A DNA stretch of 64,000 nucleotides from a candidate division WOR-3 bacterium (GCA_965648905.1 CBFGIT010000012.1:31209-95208); one strand, 5' to 3'; counted from the stretch's first letter, positions 29,175 through 38,939 are shown. The notes: generated from the sequence alone by a model not told the origin. Numbers and translations: made by a program.

Positions 29175-29513
29175 ATGATAGCACTGATGGCCTGCGTTCT
29201 GCTTCTGCTCATCGGTCTGTACGCGGTCGTGGCCAAGCGTAACCTCATTAGGATCATCATCGGCTTCAGCCTGATTGAGTATGCCGTCAACCTGCTGTTT
29301 GCGTTGATTGGGTTCAAGAAGGGAGCACTGCCGCCGATTATCACGGACCTGACCCAGACGCGAAACTTCGTCGACCCGGTACCTCAGGCGCTGGTGCTGA
29401 CTGCCATTGTCATCGGCCTGTCGACGACCGCATTGATGCTCGCCTTGGCGATGCGTGTCTATGAGAAGTACAGGACATTCGACATCACCGAAATCCGGAG
29501 GCTCAAAGGCTGA
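29175..29513 (+). CDS. mnhC: Mrp antiporter subunit C (MbhG-like)
   Basis: NLIRIIIG, DPVPQALVLTAIVIG. Confidence 0.92.
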   Translation: MIALMACVLLLLIGLYAVVAKRNLIRIIIGFSLIEYAVNLLFALIGFKKGALPPIITDLTQTRNFVDPVPQALVLTAIVIGLSTTALMLALAMRVYEKYRTFDITEIRRLKG

Positions 29514-31018
29514 TGAACTCACGCCTGTTACCGCTGTTCGTCGTTACGCCGATGCTGGCCGCGTTCCTCACGCCACTGCTTTCGAAGGTCTGGTCGAGAT
29601 TCGGGGACCTGCTGGCCAATCTTGCCGGGGCGGTACTGCTCGGCCTCTCAACCATGGGCGTAGCCACGCTGCTTGGCAGCTCACAGCCACTGATTCATCG
29701 CGTGGGAGGCTGGTTGCCGGCAGTCGGCATAACGCTGGTCTACGACCCACTGACCGCGCTTGTGGCACTTGCCCTGAATGCAGTCGGGTTTGCTGCCCTG
29801 CTCTACTCGGTTCGTTACCTCGACCACTATACCGGCCGCTGGAAGTTCTACACGCTGTTCATGCTGATCCTTGCTGGTCTGAACGGCGTGGTTATGACCG
29901 GCGACATGTTCAACCTGTTTGTGTTCATGGAAGTCGCGGCGGTGGCGTCGTATGCTCTGGTTGCGTTCGGGACTGACTTTGACGAACTCGAGGCCGGGTT
30001 CAAGTACATGGTCATCGGCGAGGTCGGCGGCTTCTCGATACTGCTGGCCATCGCGCTGCTCTATGCCAAGGTTTCGAGCCTGAACATGGCGGTCGTGTCC
30101 CAGGTGCTGGTAGCGCAGGGACAATCGCCTTTGTTCTGGTTCATTGTCGTCCTGTTCCTTATCGGGTTCGCGGTGAAGATGGCGATGGTGCCGTTCCATG
30201 CTTGGCTGCCCGATGCCCACCCTTCTGCTCCGGCGCCGGTGTCAGCCGTACTCTCGGGCGTGTTCATCAAGGTACTGGGGGTGTATGCGATGTCGCGCCT
30301 GATGTTCAACGTTTTCGGGCTCTCTCGTGCCAGCTCGCCCGAGTTTTTCAACCTGCTGCTCGGGTTCGGCCTGCTCTCGATTACTGTTGGCGGGCTGTTG
30401 GCCTACAACCAGAGAGACTACAAGCGGCTGCTTGCCTATTCGTCCATCAGTCAGATCGGCTACGTCCTCATTGGCTTCGGTATCGGCAACTATTGGGGAA
30501 TTGTCGGGGCGCTATTTCATATTGTTGCTCATGCGCTGGGCAAAGGGGTGCTGTTCCTGGCTGCGGGCGCGGTTGAGCGTCAGACCGGCACGCGCGACCT
30601 GAGCAAGCTCGCCGGCCTGGAAAAGTCGATGCCGGCCACAACCTGGTCTCACATTCTCGGCTCGCTTTCGCTTTCCGGCGTGCCGCCGTTTGCCGGGTTT
30701 TTCTCCAAGCTGTTCATTGTCATTGGCGCAGTCTCGGCCCAAATGCACTGGCTGGCGGTCGTTGCTGCGCTGTTCTCAGTCGTGACGCTCGGGTACCTGA
30801 CCAAAGTCGTGAACCGTTCGTTCTTTGCCCGACCGGGTGCGACTTTGACCCCGGCGCGCGAGGCGCCGGCAACGATGGTGGCGGCGATGCTGCTGCTCGT
30901 CGTCCTGTCCCTGCTATTCGGTCTGGGTTTCAAGCCGACGCTCGACTGGTTCGTCGGTCCGGCAGCACAGGTTCTGACCAACGGGCTTGAGTATGCCCGG
31001 TTTGTACTGGGAGGGTAG
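29513..31018 (+). CDS. mnhD: Mrp antiporter subunit D (MbhH-like)
   Basis: GDMFNLFVFMEV, EAGFKY, KMAMVPFHAWLPDAH, KRLLAYSSISQIGY, GFFSK. Confidence 0.92.
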   Translation: MNSRLLPLFVVTPMLAAFLTPLLSKVWSRFGDLLANLAGAVLLGLSTMGVATLLGSSQPLIHRVGGWLPAVGITLVYDPLTALVALALNAVGFAALLYSVRYLDHYTGRWKFYTLFMLILAGLNGVVMTGDMFNLFVFMEVAAVASYALVAFGTDFDELEAGFKYMVIGEVGGFSILLAIALLYAKVSSLNMAVVSQVLVAQGQSPLFWFIVVLFLIGFAVKMAMVPFHAWLPDAHPSAPAPVSAVLSGVFIKVLGVYAMSRLMFNVFGLSRASSPEFFNLLLGFGLLSITVGGLLAYNQRDYKRLLAYSSISQIGYVLIGFGIGNYWGIVGALFHIVAHALGKGVLFLAAGAVERQTGTRDLSKLAGLEKSMPATTWSHILGSLSLSGVPPFAGFFSKLFIVIGAVSAQMHWLAVVAALFSVVTLGYLTKVVNRSFFARPGATLTPAREAPATMVAAMLLLVVLSLLFGLGFKPTLDWFVGPAAQVLTNGLEYARFVLGG

Positions 31019-31507
31019 GTGGCGCGGCGTCTGGCGTACTTCCTGCTTGGTCTGGTGTTCTACATAGTGCTGGTATGGTCATTCCAGGTTGAGGAATTGA
31101 TTGCTGCCGGCGCGGCAGCACTGCTCACTGCGTTGGTGTTTGGCAAACACCTGCCGATTGAGCCGGCCCGACTGCTTTCTCCCCGGCGTTGGCTCTGGCT
31201 GCTGATGTACGTCCCGGTCTTCGCGTATCAGTGCCTGAAGTCGAACATCGACGTCGCGCTGCGCGTGCTTTCGCCCGGTCTGCAAATCAAGCCCGGAATC
31301 GTTCGAATACGCACAACACTCAAGAGCGACGTGGCGCGGGTGTTTCTGGCGAACTCGATTACGTTGACGCCCGGAACGATGACAGTGGAGATACGGGACG
31401 ACCTGCTCTACATCCACTGGATCGAGGTCGGCTCGGACGACCCGGTTGCTGCGGCAAAGAGGATCATCGGGCCGTTTGAGTTCTTCCTGTCGAGGATATT
31501 CGACTGA
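31019..31507 (+). CDS. mnhE: Mrp antiporter subunit E (MbhA-like)
   Basis: SNIDVA, IKPGIV, LANSITLTPGT, LYIHWI. Confidence 0.92.
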   Translation: MARRLAYFLLGLVFYIVLVWSFQVEELIAAGAAALLTALVFGKHLPIEPARLLSPRRWLWLLMYVPVFAYQCLKSNIDVALRVLSPGLQIKPGIVRIRTTLKSDVARVFLANSITLTPGTMTVEIRDDLLYIHWIEVGSDDPVAAAKRIIGPFEFFLSRIFD

Positions 31508-31761
31508 TGACGATACTGATTGTCTTTCTTTCCTTCGGAGCGTTTTTCTGTCTGTACCGGGCACTCAAGGGGCCTTCGATACCGGACCGTGCGATTGCTG
31601 TCGACATCATGTCGGTCATTTTCACCAGCATCACAGCGCTGATGGCGCTGCAGTACAAGCTCGCGTTTCTCATCGACCTGTCGATCGCGCTGGCAATAAT
31701 CTCTTTCATCGGCAGTCTGGCGCTGGCCAAGTATCTTGAAGGAAGGAGCCTAGATGATTAG
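31507..31761 (+). CDS. mnhF: Mrp antiporter subunit F (MbhB-like)
   Basis: GPSIPDRAIAVD, FIGSLALAKYLE. Confidence 0.9.
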   Translation: MTILIVFLSFGAFFCLYRALKGPSIPDRAIAVDIMSVIFTSITALMALQYKLAFLIDLSIALAIISFIGSLALAKYLEGRSLDD

Positions 31762-32107
31762 CGTTGTCGGCTGGCTGTTCCTTGGTACTGGTGTCGGATT
31801 TACCCTGCTCGGCTGCCTGGGACTGGTTCGGTTCCCGGACCTTTACAACCGCATGCAGGCCGCGACGAAGTGCGTCACTCTCGGCACATGTGGCATCCTT
31901 TTCGGCGTCTTTCTGATGTCCGGATTCACCGCGCTCGGCGTCAAGGCGCTGGTCTGCGCGCTGTTCGTGCTCATTACCGTGCCGGTGGCAGCCCATGCCT
32001 TGGCGCGCGGCTCACTCATTTTCGGCGTCAGGCTCTGGAAAGACACGGTCAAGGACGAGTTCACCGACGACCGGGGTGGTGAGTCGATCATTGAGGGGAG
32101 AAAATGA
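31754..32107 (+). CDS. mnhG: Mrp antiporter subunit G (MbhC-like)
   Basis: GLVRFPDLYNRMQAATK..TLG, PVAAHALAR. Confidence 0.92.
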   Translation: MISVVGWLFLGTGVGFTLLGCLGLVRFPDLYNRMQAATKCVTLGTCGILFGVFLMSGFTALGVKALVCALFVLITVPVAAHALARGSLIFGVRLWKDTVKDEFTDDRGGESIIEGRK

Positions 32108-32721
32108 GAATACCCCTGCCTAAGCTGCGTGAGCTGGTTGAAGCGGTCCGGGCAGTGGTCAAGGGGCCGTACACGACCAGGTTCCCGGCCAGGGTTGACT
32201 CGGTTCACCCCAACTTCCGTGGTCTGCTCAAGTTCGATTCCGACAAATGTATCTGCTGCGGTGCCTGCACCCGGGTCTGTCCGCCCCGTGCCCGCGAAAT
32301 CGTATTCGACCGGGACAAAGGCGTCATTCGCAACGTTCACCACGCGGAGCGGTGCATCTACTGCGGTCAGTGCGTGCTCTACTGCACAACTCGTGAGGGC
32401 ATCTACCACTCGACCGAGTTCGACGCGGCCCGGACCGAACGCAGTCCGGACTGGGAGACATCGGTCGAGAAGGAAGCCGCAATCTGCGAAATCTGTGGTG
32501 AGGCATTTGCTTCCAAGGCGCACCTGCTTTGGATTGCGCACAGGGTCGGCGACCTTGCCAATTCAAACCCGACGTTGTTTCTCTCGTTGTACCAGGAACT
32601 CGGCACTGCTGAGCCGCGTCCGCCGCGCGGCGACCCGGTTCCTTATCGGTCAGATACCGTGCGTATCCTGTGTCCTGAATGTCGACGCAAGACGTACCTG
32701 ACCGAGCAGTGGGGCTACTGA
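32104..32721 (+). CDS. 2x[4Fe-4S] subunit (NuoI/MbhN/HycF-like) with extra CxxC pairs
   Basis: PYTTRFP..FRG, CICCGACTRVCP, CIYCGQCVLYC, plus CEIC and CPEC. Confidence 0.88.
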   Translation: MRIPLPKLRELVEAVRAVVKGPYTTRFPARVDSVHPNFRGLLKFDSDKCICCGACTRVCPPRAREIVFDRDKGVIRNVHHAERCIYCGQCVLYCTTREGIYHSTEFDAARTERSPDWETSVEKEAAICEICGEAFASKAHLLWIAHRVGDLANSNPTLFLSLYQELGTAEPRPPRGDPVPYRSDTVRILCPECRRKTYLTEQWGY

Positions 32722-32809
32722 GCCCCGAGCAAGAGCCCGATCATAATCAGCCAGCACTCGTCCGCTGACCGGACACCCGCAGTCCGTCGTTGATTGAGAC
32801 CGGGCGTTC

Positions 32810-32839
32810 TTGACCGCTGTGGTCGCACCGAGCTATACT
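32810..32839 (+). promoter_or_regulatory. sigma70-like promoter for the SBBP-repeat gene
   Basis: TTGACC-N18-TATACT; SD GGAGG before GTG 32918. Confidence 0.45.
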
Positions 32840-32917
32840 TATGTGCGCCCCAGGAGTTGAGTGCTCGGTCCTCAGACCCTGGGCTTCTGACTTGGAACAC
32901 TAGATTCGGAGGCAAGT

Positions 32918-35812
32918 GTGAGATGCTTGCGTGTTGTCCTTCTGTCGGTTCTTGCGGGCCTGCTGGTCCCGAGTTACGCCTGGGTTGCGCGTTTCAACGG
33001 GCCGGCTAATGGCCCGGACCAGGCCGCAGCGATTGCCGCTGATTCGGCCGGCAACTTATATGTTACCGGCTCGAGTACAGGCAGCGGCAGCGGAATCGAC
33101 TTCCTTACTATCAAGTACAACCCGGCGGGTGAGACGCTCTGGGTGAGTCGGCTATCAAGCCTGGGCAACGCCGCCGACCGAGCCAGGGCCGTGAGCCACG
33201 CGTCATATCCGGCAGTGTACGTGACCGGGTACGCGACCTTTGGTGGAGAGACTGACTTCTGGACGGCACGCTACAATGCAGTAACCGGCGAGACGTCGTG
33301 GACGAGGCGCTATGGCGGCTCCGGTAATGACCGAGCTGTAGCCATTGCCGCGGATGGGTATGGCAACGTCTTTGTGGCTGGCACTGCTCAATACGGTACA
33401 AGACAGAGCGCGACGGTGGTGCTGTATGATAGCCTTGGTGTTCAGCAATGGGCGGCGCGGATTCCATCCCGTATCGGGGACTCAGCCTCGGCCGCGACCG
33501 GTATCGCCCTCGGCCCTGACCGCGGAGTCTACGTCTGCGGTTGGCTCAGGGCCGCGGCGTCGATGACTGATTACTTCGTTGCCCGGGTGCGAGCAGACGG
33601 AGATACAGCCTGGCTGAGAACATATTCAGGCCCGACCACCGGGTACGATACGGCCCTGGCGCTGGCAGTTGAACCCAACGGCGGCGTGATAGTCACAGGT
33701 GGGAGCATGGGCCAGGAAAACGACTATGACTATCTGACCATCAAGTACGACAGCTCGGGCAGCATCGAATGGACCGCACGCTACGACGGGCCTGATGGGT
33801 CAGATGACGTTGCTACCGCGGTTGCGCTCGACCAGTCGGGTAATGTCTATGTCACCGGCTGGAGTACCGGAACCGGCAGCCGCTACAGCGACTACGCGAC
33901 CCTGCGCTATAGCCCTTCCGGCAATCAGCTCTGGGTTGCGCGCTATCACGGCGGCAGCGGCGATGACGAGGCATGGGCAATCGGTCTTGACCCGGCGGGC
34001 GGCGTCTACGTGACCGGCTCAGTCGAGACGAACAACAACGGCACTGACATCTATACCATCAAATACGATACAGCCGGTATCCAGCAATGGGCCGCTCGAT
34101 ACAATTACACTCCTCCCAACCGCGACGACCGAGCCGCGGCTCTGGTTGTTCCCGGCACGGGCGTGGTCTGCGTTACCGGCTCAAGCTACAGCCCGAATAC
34201 TGATACCGACTTCGTGACCATCCGTTATGTCGGACGCGACGTTGGCATCATGGCGATTCTCGCCCCGGTCGACACCGTACCGCCGTTGCCGATCGCGCCC
34301 CAGGTCAGGATTCGGAATGATGGCCTTGCGACCGAAACCGTGACCGTCTCCGTTGAGATTCACGACGGCGCGCGGCGAGCATACTCGGCGTCGGTCGTGG
34401 TGCCGGGCCTTGTCCCGAACGAGAGTCGAGACGTTGCGTTCCCGGCATTCTCCGACCGAGATGGCAGATACGTCATCAGTTGCCGTGTGGCGCTGACCGG
34501 CGACCTGAACCCGGCCAACGACACGCTCAGCGGCTGGTTCTACGTCAAGTGGCGTGAGTTCCCGTTCTGGAGCCAGAAAGCCAGCGTGCCGGCCGGACCC
34601 GCGCTCAAGGCGGTCAAAGACGGAGGCGCGCTCTGTCACGGTCGTTATGACGCGACGCGTTTCGCGGTCTTCGCACTGAAAGGGAACAACACCAGCGAGT
34701 TCTACCGCTACCACGTGGCCGCCGATTCGTGGTACGCGCTTGAGTCAATTCCATTTGCGGCCGAGAAGCGGAAGAGGGTGAAGAAGGGTGCGGCGCTCTG
34801 CTATGACCGGTACGACACTCTGGTCTTCGCGCTCAAAGGCAACGGTACCAGCGAGTTCTGGCGCTACGACGTCATCCATGACTCGTGGTCGCGGCGGGCT
34901 GATGTGCCGTTCGGCACCGGGCCTAAGCCGAAACCGGTCAAAGGCGGTTCAGGCCTTGCGTTCTGGCATCAGGGTTCGACCGGAAACGACTATGTCTATG
35001 CTCTTAAAGGGAACAAGACGAATGAGTTTTGGCGCTACCTGGTTCAAGCCGATACCTGGGAGAGCCGGCGCGACGTGCCGCTGGGTACAAGCGGCAAGGG
35101 CATGGGCGACGGCAGTTGCCTCGTGAATGCAGGCGGCACGCTCTATGCGCTCAAAGGCTCATACAACGAGTTCTACGCCTACGACATCGGCACAGACTCA
35201 TGGTACTCAAGAGCTCCGCTGCCGTTTGAAAGTCGCTCGGGCCGGAAGAAGAAAGCCAAGCTCGGAACCAGCATGGCGCATCTTGGCGGCACGCTCTACG
35301 CGCTCAAAGGCGGGACCTGCGAGTTCTGGTGTTACAATCCGCTGGCTGATGTCTGGTTTGAGTTGGAATCGCTTCCTCGACTGCCGAGCGGCAAACCAGT
35401 TAAGGGCGGCGGTGCTCTGGCTGCGGGCAGCGGTTTGGTCTGGGCGCTCAAAGGCAACAAGACATTCGAGTTCTTCTCGTACGATCCGGGCACGGACGAT
35501 GGCGCGTCAGGAATGGCTGCGGACAGGTCGTCGTTGCCAGCGGCCGCGATGCCGCGACTTGAGGTTGTGCCTAACCCGCTGCGTGCCGGCTTCGCCACAC
35601 TGACGCTGAGTAAACAAGCGACCAGGTGGTCCGGTGGCCCGGTGAGGGTGAGTATCTTCGACGTCTCTGGTCGCTGCGTCTGGCACTCGCTGTTTGACAT
35701 TCGGGCTTCGTCACTGCCGCTTGACCTGCGTGGTCTGAGTGCCGGGATCTACACGGTGCATCTGACCGCAGGTGGCCAGTCGGTCGGTCAGAAACTCGTG
35801 CTTCACCGTTAG
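32918..35812 (+). CDS. Secreted SBBP-repeat beta-propeller protein with CARDB-like domain, ALKGN propeller and T9SS-like CTD
   Basis: Signal peptide, repeated A.D.SGNVYVTG...D..TIKY..G..LW, D.NPAND, multiple ALKGN.T.EF..Y repeats, PNPL..GFATL...LDLR CTD. Confidence 0.85.
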   Translation: MRCLRVVLLSVLAGLLVPSYAWVARFNGPANGPDQAAAIAADSAGNLYVTGSSTGSGSGIDFLTIKYNPAGETLWVSRLSSLGNAADRARAVSHASYPAVYVTGYATFGGETDFWTARYNAVTGETSWTRRYGGSGNDRAVAIAADGYGNVFVAGTAQYGTRQSATVVLYDSLGVQQWAARIPSRIGDSASAATGIALGPDRGVYVCGWLRAAASMTDYFVARVRADGDTAWLRTYSGPTTGYDTALALAVEPNGGVIVTGGSMGQENDYDYLTIKYDSSGSIEWTARYDGPDGSDDVATAVALDQSGNVYVTGWSTGTGSRYSDYATLRYSPSGNQLWVARYHGGSGDDEAWAIGLDPAGGVYVTGSVETNNNGTDIYTIKYDTAGIQQWAARYNYTPPNRDDRAAALVVPGTGVVCVTGSSYSPNTDTDFVTIRYVGRDVGIMAILAPVDTVPPLPIAPQVRIRNDGLATETVTVSVEIHDGARRAYSASVVVPGLVPNESRDVAFPAFSDRDGRYVISCRVALTGDLNPANDTLSGWFYVKWREFPFWSQKASVPAGPALKAVKDGGALCHGRYDATRFAVFALKGNNTSEFYRYHVAADSWYALESIPFAAEKRKRVKKGAALCYDRYDTLVFALKGNGTSEFWRYDVIHDSWSRRADVPFGTGPKPKPVKGGSGLAFWHQGSTGNDYVYALKGNKTNEFWRYLVQADTWESRRDVPLGTSGKGMGDGSCLVNAGGTLYALKGSYNEFYAYDIGTDSWYSRAPLPFESRSGRKKKAKLGTSMAHLGGTLYALKGGTCEFWCYNPLADVWFELESLPRLPSGKPVKGGGALAAGSGLVWALKGNKTFEFFSYDPGTDDGASGMAADRSSLPAAAMPRLEVVPNPLRAGFATLTLSKQATRWSGGPVRVSIFDVSGRCVWHSLFDIRASSLPLDLRGLSAGIYTVHLTAGGQSVGQKLVLHR

Positions 35813-36443
35813 CTCGTGTGAGACTGCGGACAGTCCCAGCTTCTCGGCGTGACCATTCCCTGCATGGTTCCCTAGACGGTTAGGGTTGCCCTAATGCGCT
35901 GGCCGGAGCCCTTGGCGCTGCCGCGCTGGCCGGAGAAGGGGTTGGGGCCGGCAGTTCCGCCTGGACTTCGCTTGCGGCTGCGGCCGGCGCCGCGCAGGCC
36001 AGTGCAGCCGCCGAGTGCGCAGGGGGGGTGAGTAGACGGGTGCGAATGGCAGGCGCAATGGGCCTGGGTTCCTGGTTCCGCTCCGGGCGGGGAACCGACC
36101 GCGGATAGGCAAATGGAAGAGAGCGTCGTGAAGCAATTCAAAGGTCAAAGTGCGAGCATCAAGATGCAAGATGACGGCGTGCGGGAGGCGAGGGTGAAGT
36201 CTGGGACAAGAAGCCGGGGGTGAGACTGTGAAGCAGGCGATTTCCGAGGCACCCCAATCCCGATATTGAGCTTCGGACTTGATGGGGTCACGCGGTTGGT
36301 AGTCCGATTGACTAAGTAGACCGTCGTCTGGTGGGTTTCGGAGTGCGGCACACTTGCGGCATCGGCCGTTATCAGACGCTTGCGGGCAAACCGGATGGTC
36401 TCTGGTGTCGTCTTCCCTGCCGGGCTGAGGGGTGCTGCGGTGG

Positions 36444-36705
36444 TTTGGGCAAGGGGAGGCGCGGGCGGATGGGCAGGGGGGTCGGCACCGGTCTGGGTCT
36501 GGGTTGGGGACCCGCGAACGCATCGGGCCTGGGCGCGGGCCGCCGAACCCCCCGGGGCGGCGACAGGCGCAGGGATTGCCGAAAGGACTGGGGCAGGGGA
36601 AGGCGTAGCCGCTTCGCCTGGGGCTGCCCAACGGGTTTCGGCCGGGGTCGGGGCAGGGGGTTCCGAAAGGGGAACCGTCCCCCTTACCAGCCAGGGGATG
36701 GTCAT
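36444..36705. repeat. G-rich degenerate 12-bp periodic array (~22 units)
   Basis: Units such as gatgggcagggg, ctggggcagggg, tcggggcagggg, gttccgaaaggg in a constant 12-nt phase. Confidence 0.6.
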
Positions 36706-36719
36706 ATGGTAGGACGAAG

Positions 36720-36777
36720 GCAGAATGCAGAAGGCAGAATACAGATTGCAGAGTGCAGAATGGCAGAGGTGCAGAAA
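36720..36777 (+). repeat. GCAGAAT heptamer tandem array (~8 degenerate units)
   Basis: gcagaat gcagaag gcagaat acagatt gcagagt gcagaat (g)gcagagg (t)gcagaaa. Confidence 0.8.
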
Positions 36778-37128
36778 AGTCCAAAGGAGGCAGGAGTGCG
36801 GACAAAGGCCGAAGGCAGAGTGAGAATCGACTGCCAAGATGGCTCCTACGGACATCCAGTGCCAGCGCGGCTTCCTGAAAACAGGGCCAGACCTGCCCGC
36901 CTGCCTGGGCGCGGGCAGGCCCGACTGGTGATAGTATCGGAGGTTGGCGCAAGCTGGAAACCGAGCCGTTCCTGGGTTACACTGCGTCTAAATACCTGGC
37001 TGCCTTTCATGTCACCTGACGGGTGAAGTAATCGCATACTCACTAGACGCCGGTGACTGAAGCAAGGCAGCCTCTTTTCTTCACCCCAATTCACACCGCA
37101 ATATCGGAACTAGGGAGGCAGCGTCTGC

Positions 37129-37156
37129 TTGACTCAGGCCGAGTCAGGCCTAGACT
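37129..37156 (+). promoter_or_regulatory. sigma70-like promoter (leaderless) for the nitroreductase-fold gene
   Basis: TTGACT-N16-TAGACT-N6-ATG, no SD. Confidence 0.6.
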
Positions 37157-37162
37157 GAAGCC

Positions 37163-38626
37163 ATGACACGGACGATGCTGGTCGCTCTGATGGGCGTTGC
37201 GCTGGCAGTGTCGGCGCAGGCGCGGGTCGAGAGTCTGCCTGCGCCGGTCGTGAATGCCAGCTCGTTTGAGATTGTCAGCAACAGCCGTTACTCGTCGCAC
37301 TCGGGATTCACAAGCTCACTGCCGACCCAGGTGCTGGCGAATGTACTCTGGGCGATGAATCTGGTTCCATCGTTCGGCAGCGCGTACCGGGAGTTGTACG
37401 TGGCAACGTCGAGCAACGTGTATTTCTACGACCCGGTTGAGCACGTGTTGAGCGTGCATCTGACCGGGAATCACCGGTACAGCGCAAACTCGGCGTTCGA
37501 GGTCGGTATCGCGGTCGAACGGTATGAGGAAGCCGGGCTGGCAATCCAGGCCGGGCTTTTGGCCGGCGACGCCTTCTGGGCCCGGGGCAGTGGAACGGTG
37601 ATTTCGTGTCCGATGCAATTCGCTGCGAACCACGCGAACAGCAACTGGAGCCCGCGGCATCCGGTCAGAATGGTGAACGTCTACGGCCGCATGAGCGTGA
37701 CCGGATTGACCGATTCATGCGTTGCCCGTTCGTCAGACTCGACCCTGCCCCTGCCCCGGACCGACGGGCCGGATACGTTTGAGGTCGTGCTTGCCGACCT
37801 GACGCAGGACACGGTCTTTGACCCGGTCGGGTTGACACCTGACCAGGTCTCGCAATTGCTCTGGGCCGGTTACGGGGTGACGCCGCACATGCCCATCGGT
37901 CGGAGAGGTACGACGATACCGTCGGCAGTGGCGAACTACTACCTGACCGGGCACATCTATCTGGTCAGAGACACCGCGGTGTCGAGATACCACAATCGGC
38001 TGCCGCCGGGAACGAATCTGGCAACCAGCGACCACCGGCTTGAGACCATTACTCTGGGCGACCGGCGGGACGCGCTGCGTGCGGCGTGTCCGAGGATTCC
38101 GGCAAGCGCGCCAGTGTACATTGTGTTGAGTGTGGCCGACACGGTCAACAGCGGCTGGGGCCTGATTGAGGCCGGGTTTGCCGCATTTCAGTATCTTGCC
38201 CAGGCGCGGATTCTCGGGCTAGGTGGGCACTTGACCGCACCGTTGACGGTTGAAGAGCGGGTGGCAATTCGGGCCGCGCTCGGTCTGCCCGGTTCGGAGC
38301 ATCCGGCAATAGTCTTCTCGACCGGGTCGGTCTTGACCGGGATAGAGGAGCGCGGGCAGACCGGGGTCGCCCGACTGAGGACCATGACCGGGCTGCCGGT
38401 GCGCATTGAGTACTCGCTAGAGCGCTCCGATGTCGTGCGGTTCACGGTGTCGGACCTTGTCGGTCGTACGGTCTGTGAGTGGCAGGAGGCGGGCAGGGTC
38501 GGGATTCAATCAAGCTCGTGGTCGGGGCAGGACCGGAATGGCAGGACGGTTCCGGCTGGAGTCTATTTTGTCTGCTTGGCTGCAGGAAAGGAGACCGAAA
38601 GATGCAGGGTCGTTCTCATTCGATAG
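37163..38626 (+). CDS. Secreted nitroreductase-fold (SagB/ThcOx-like) protein with FlgD-Ig/T9SS-like CTD
   Basis: Signal peptide (AQA), VSQLLWAGYG...TTIPSAVANY, EAG; degenerate N-terminal copy (LANVLWAMN); CTD WSGQDRNGRTVPAGVYF. Confidence 0.7.
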   Translation: MTRTMLVALMGVALAVSAQARVESLPAPVVNASSFEIVSNSRYSSHSGFTSSLPTQVLANVLWAMNLVPSFGSAYRELYVATSSNVYFYDPVEHVLSVHLTGNHRYSANSAFEVGIAVERYEEAGLAIQAGLLAGDAFWARGSGTVISCPMQFAANHANSNWSPRHPVRMVNVYGRMSVTGLTDSCVARSSDSTLPLPRTDGPDTFEVVLADLTQDTVFDPVGLTPDQVSQLLWAGYGVTPHMPIGRRGTTIPSAVANYYLTGHIYLVRDTAVSRYHNRLPPGTNLATSDHRLETITLGDRRDALRAACPRIPASAPVYIVLSVADTVNSGWGLIEAGFAAFQYLAQARILGLGGHLTAPLTVEERVAIRAALGLPGSEHPAIVFSTGSVLTGIEERGQTGVARLRTMTGLPVRIEYSLERSDVVRFTVSDLVGRTVCEWQEAGRVGIQSSSWSGQDRNGRTVPAGVYFVCLAAGKETERCRVVLIR

Positions 38627-38875
38627 GAGCAAGGCCGGGTCAGGACACAACGCTTCCGGAAAGGCCTGCTGCTGCTCGGGTTCTGCCCGTTGACTGGCCC
38701 GCGAGGCGCGACGTGATGTTCTGGCCGTACGTCAGACCGATGAACCGTCCTTCAGGGGCTAACCGCCCGACCTCGCGGCTAAGATTGACAAGGCGTGGCC
38801 CAAAGGTGCTCCTGAGCCGGCGTCTGGTCTGTCTGCCTCGCGGCAGCAGGACGTAGTCAGGCCGGTCGGTCTGGC

Positions 38876-38903
38876 TTGACCGGCCATGGTTGTGCAATAG
38901 AAT
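38876..38903 (+). promoter_or_regulatory. sigma70-like promoter for the barrel/nucleotidase operon
   Basis: TTGACC-N16-TAGAAT; SD GGAGGA before TTG 38940. Confidence 0.6.
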
Positions 38904-38939
38904 CAGAGACACCGTCCTTTTGTAACCCGGAGGACAATT

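Noticed and set aside
35891..37026. Three overlapping ORFs of 231-353 aa
   Set aside because: Low-complexity Pro/Gly/Arg translations produced by the 12-bp and 7-bp repeats; no SD, promoter or domain support.
38640..38870. Possible fourth 12-bp periodic tract
   Set aside because: Spacing of the recurring motifs is irregular; no constant phase.
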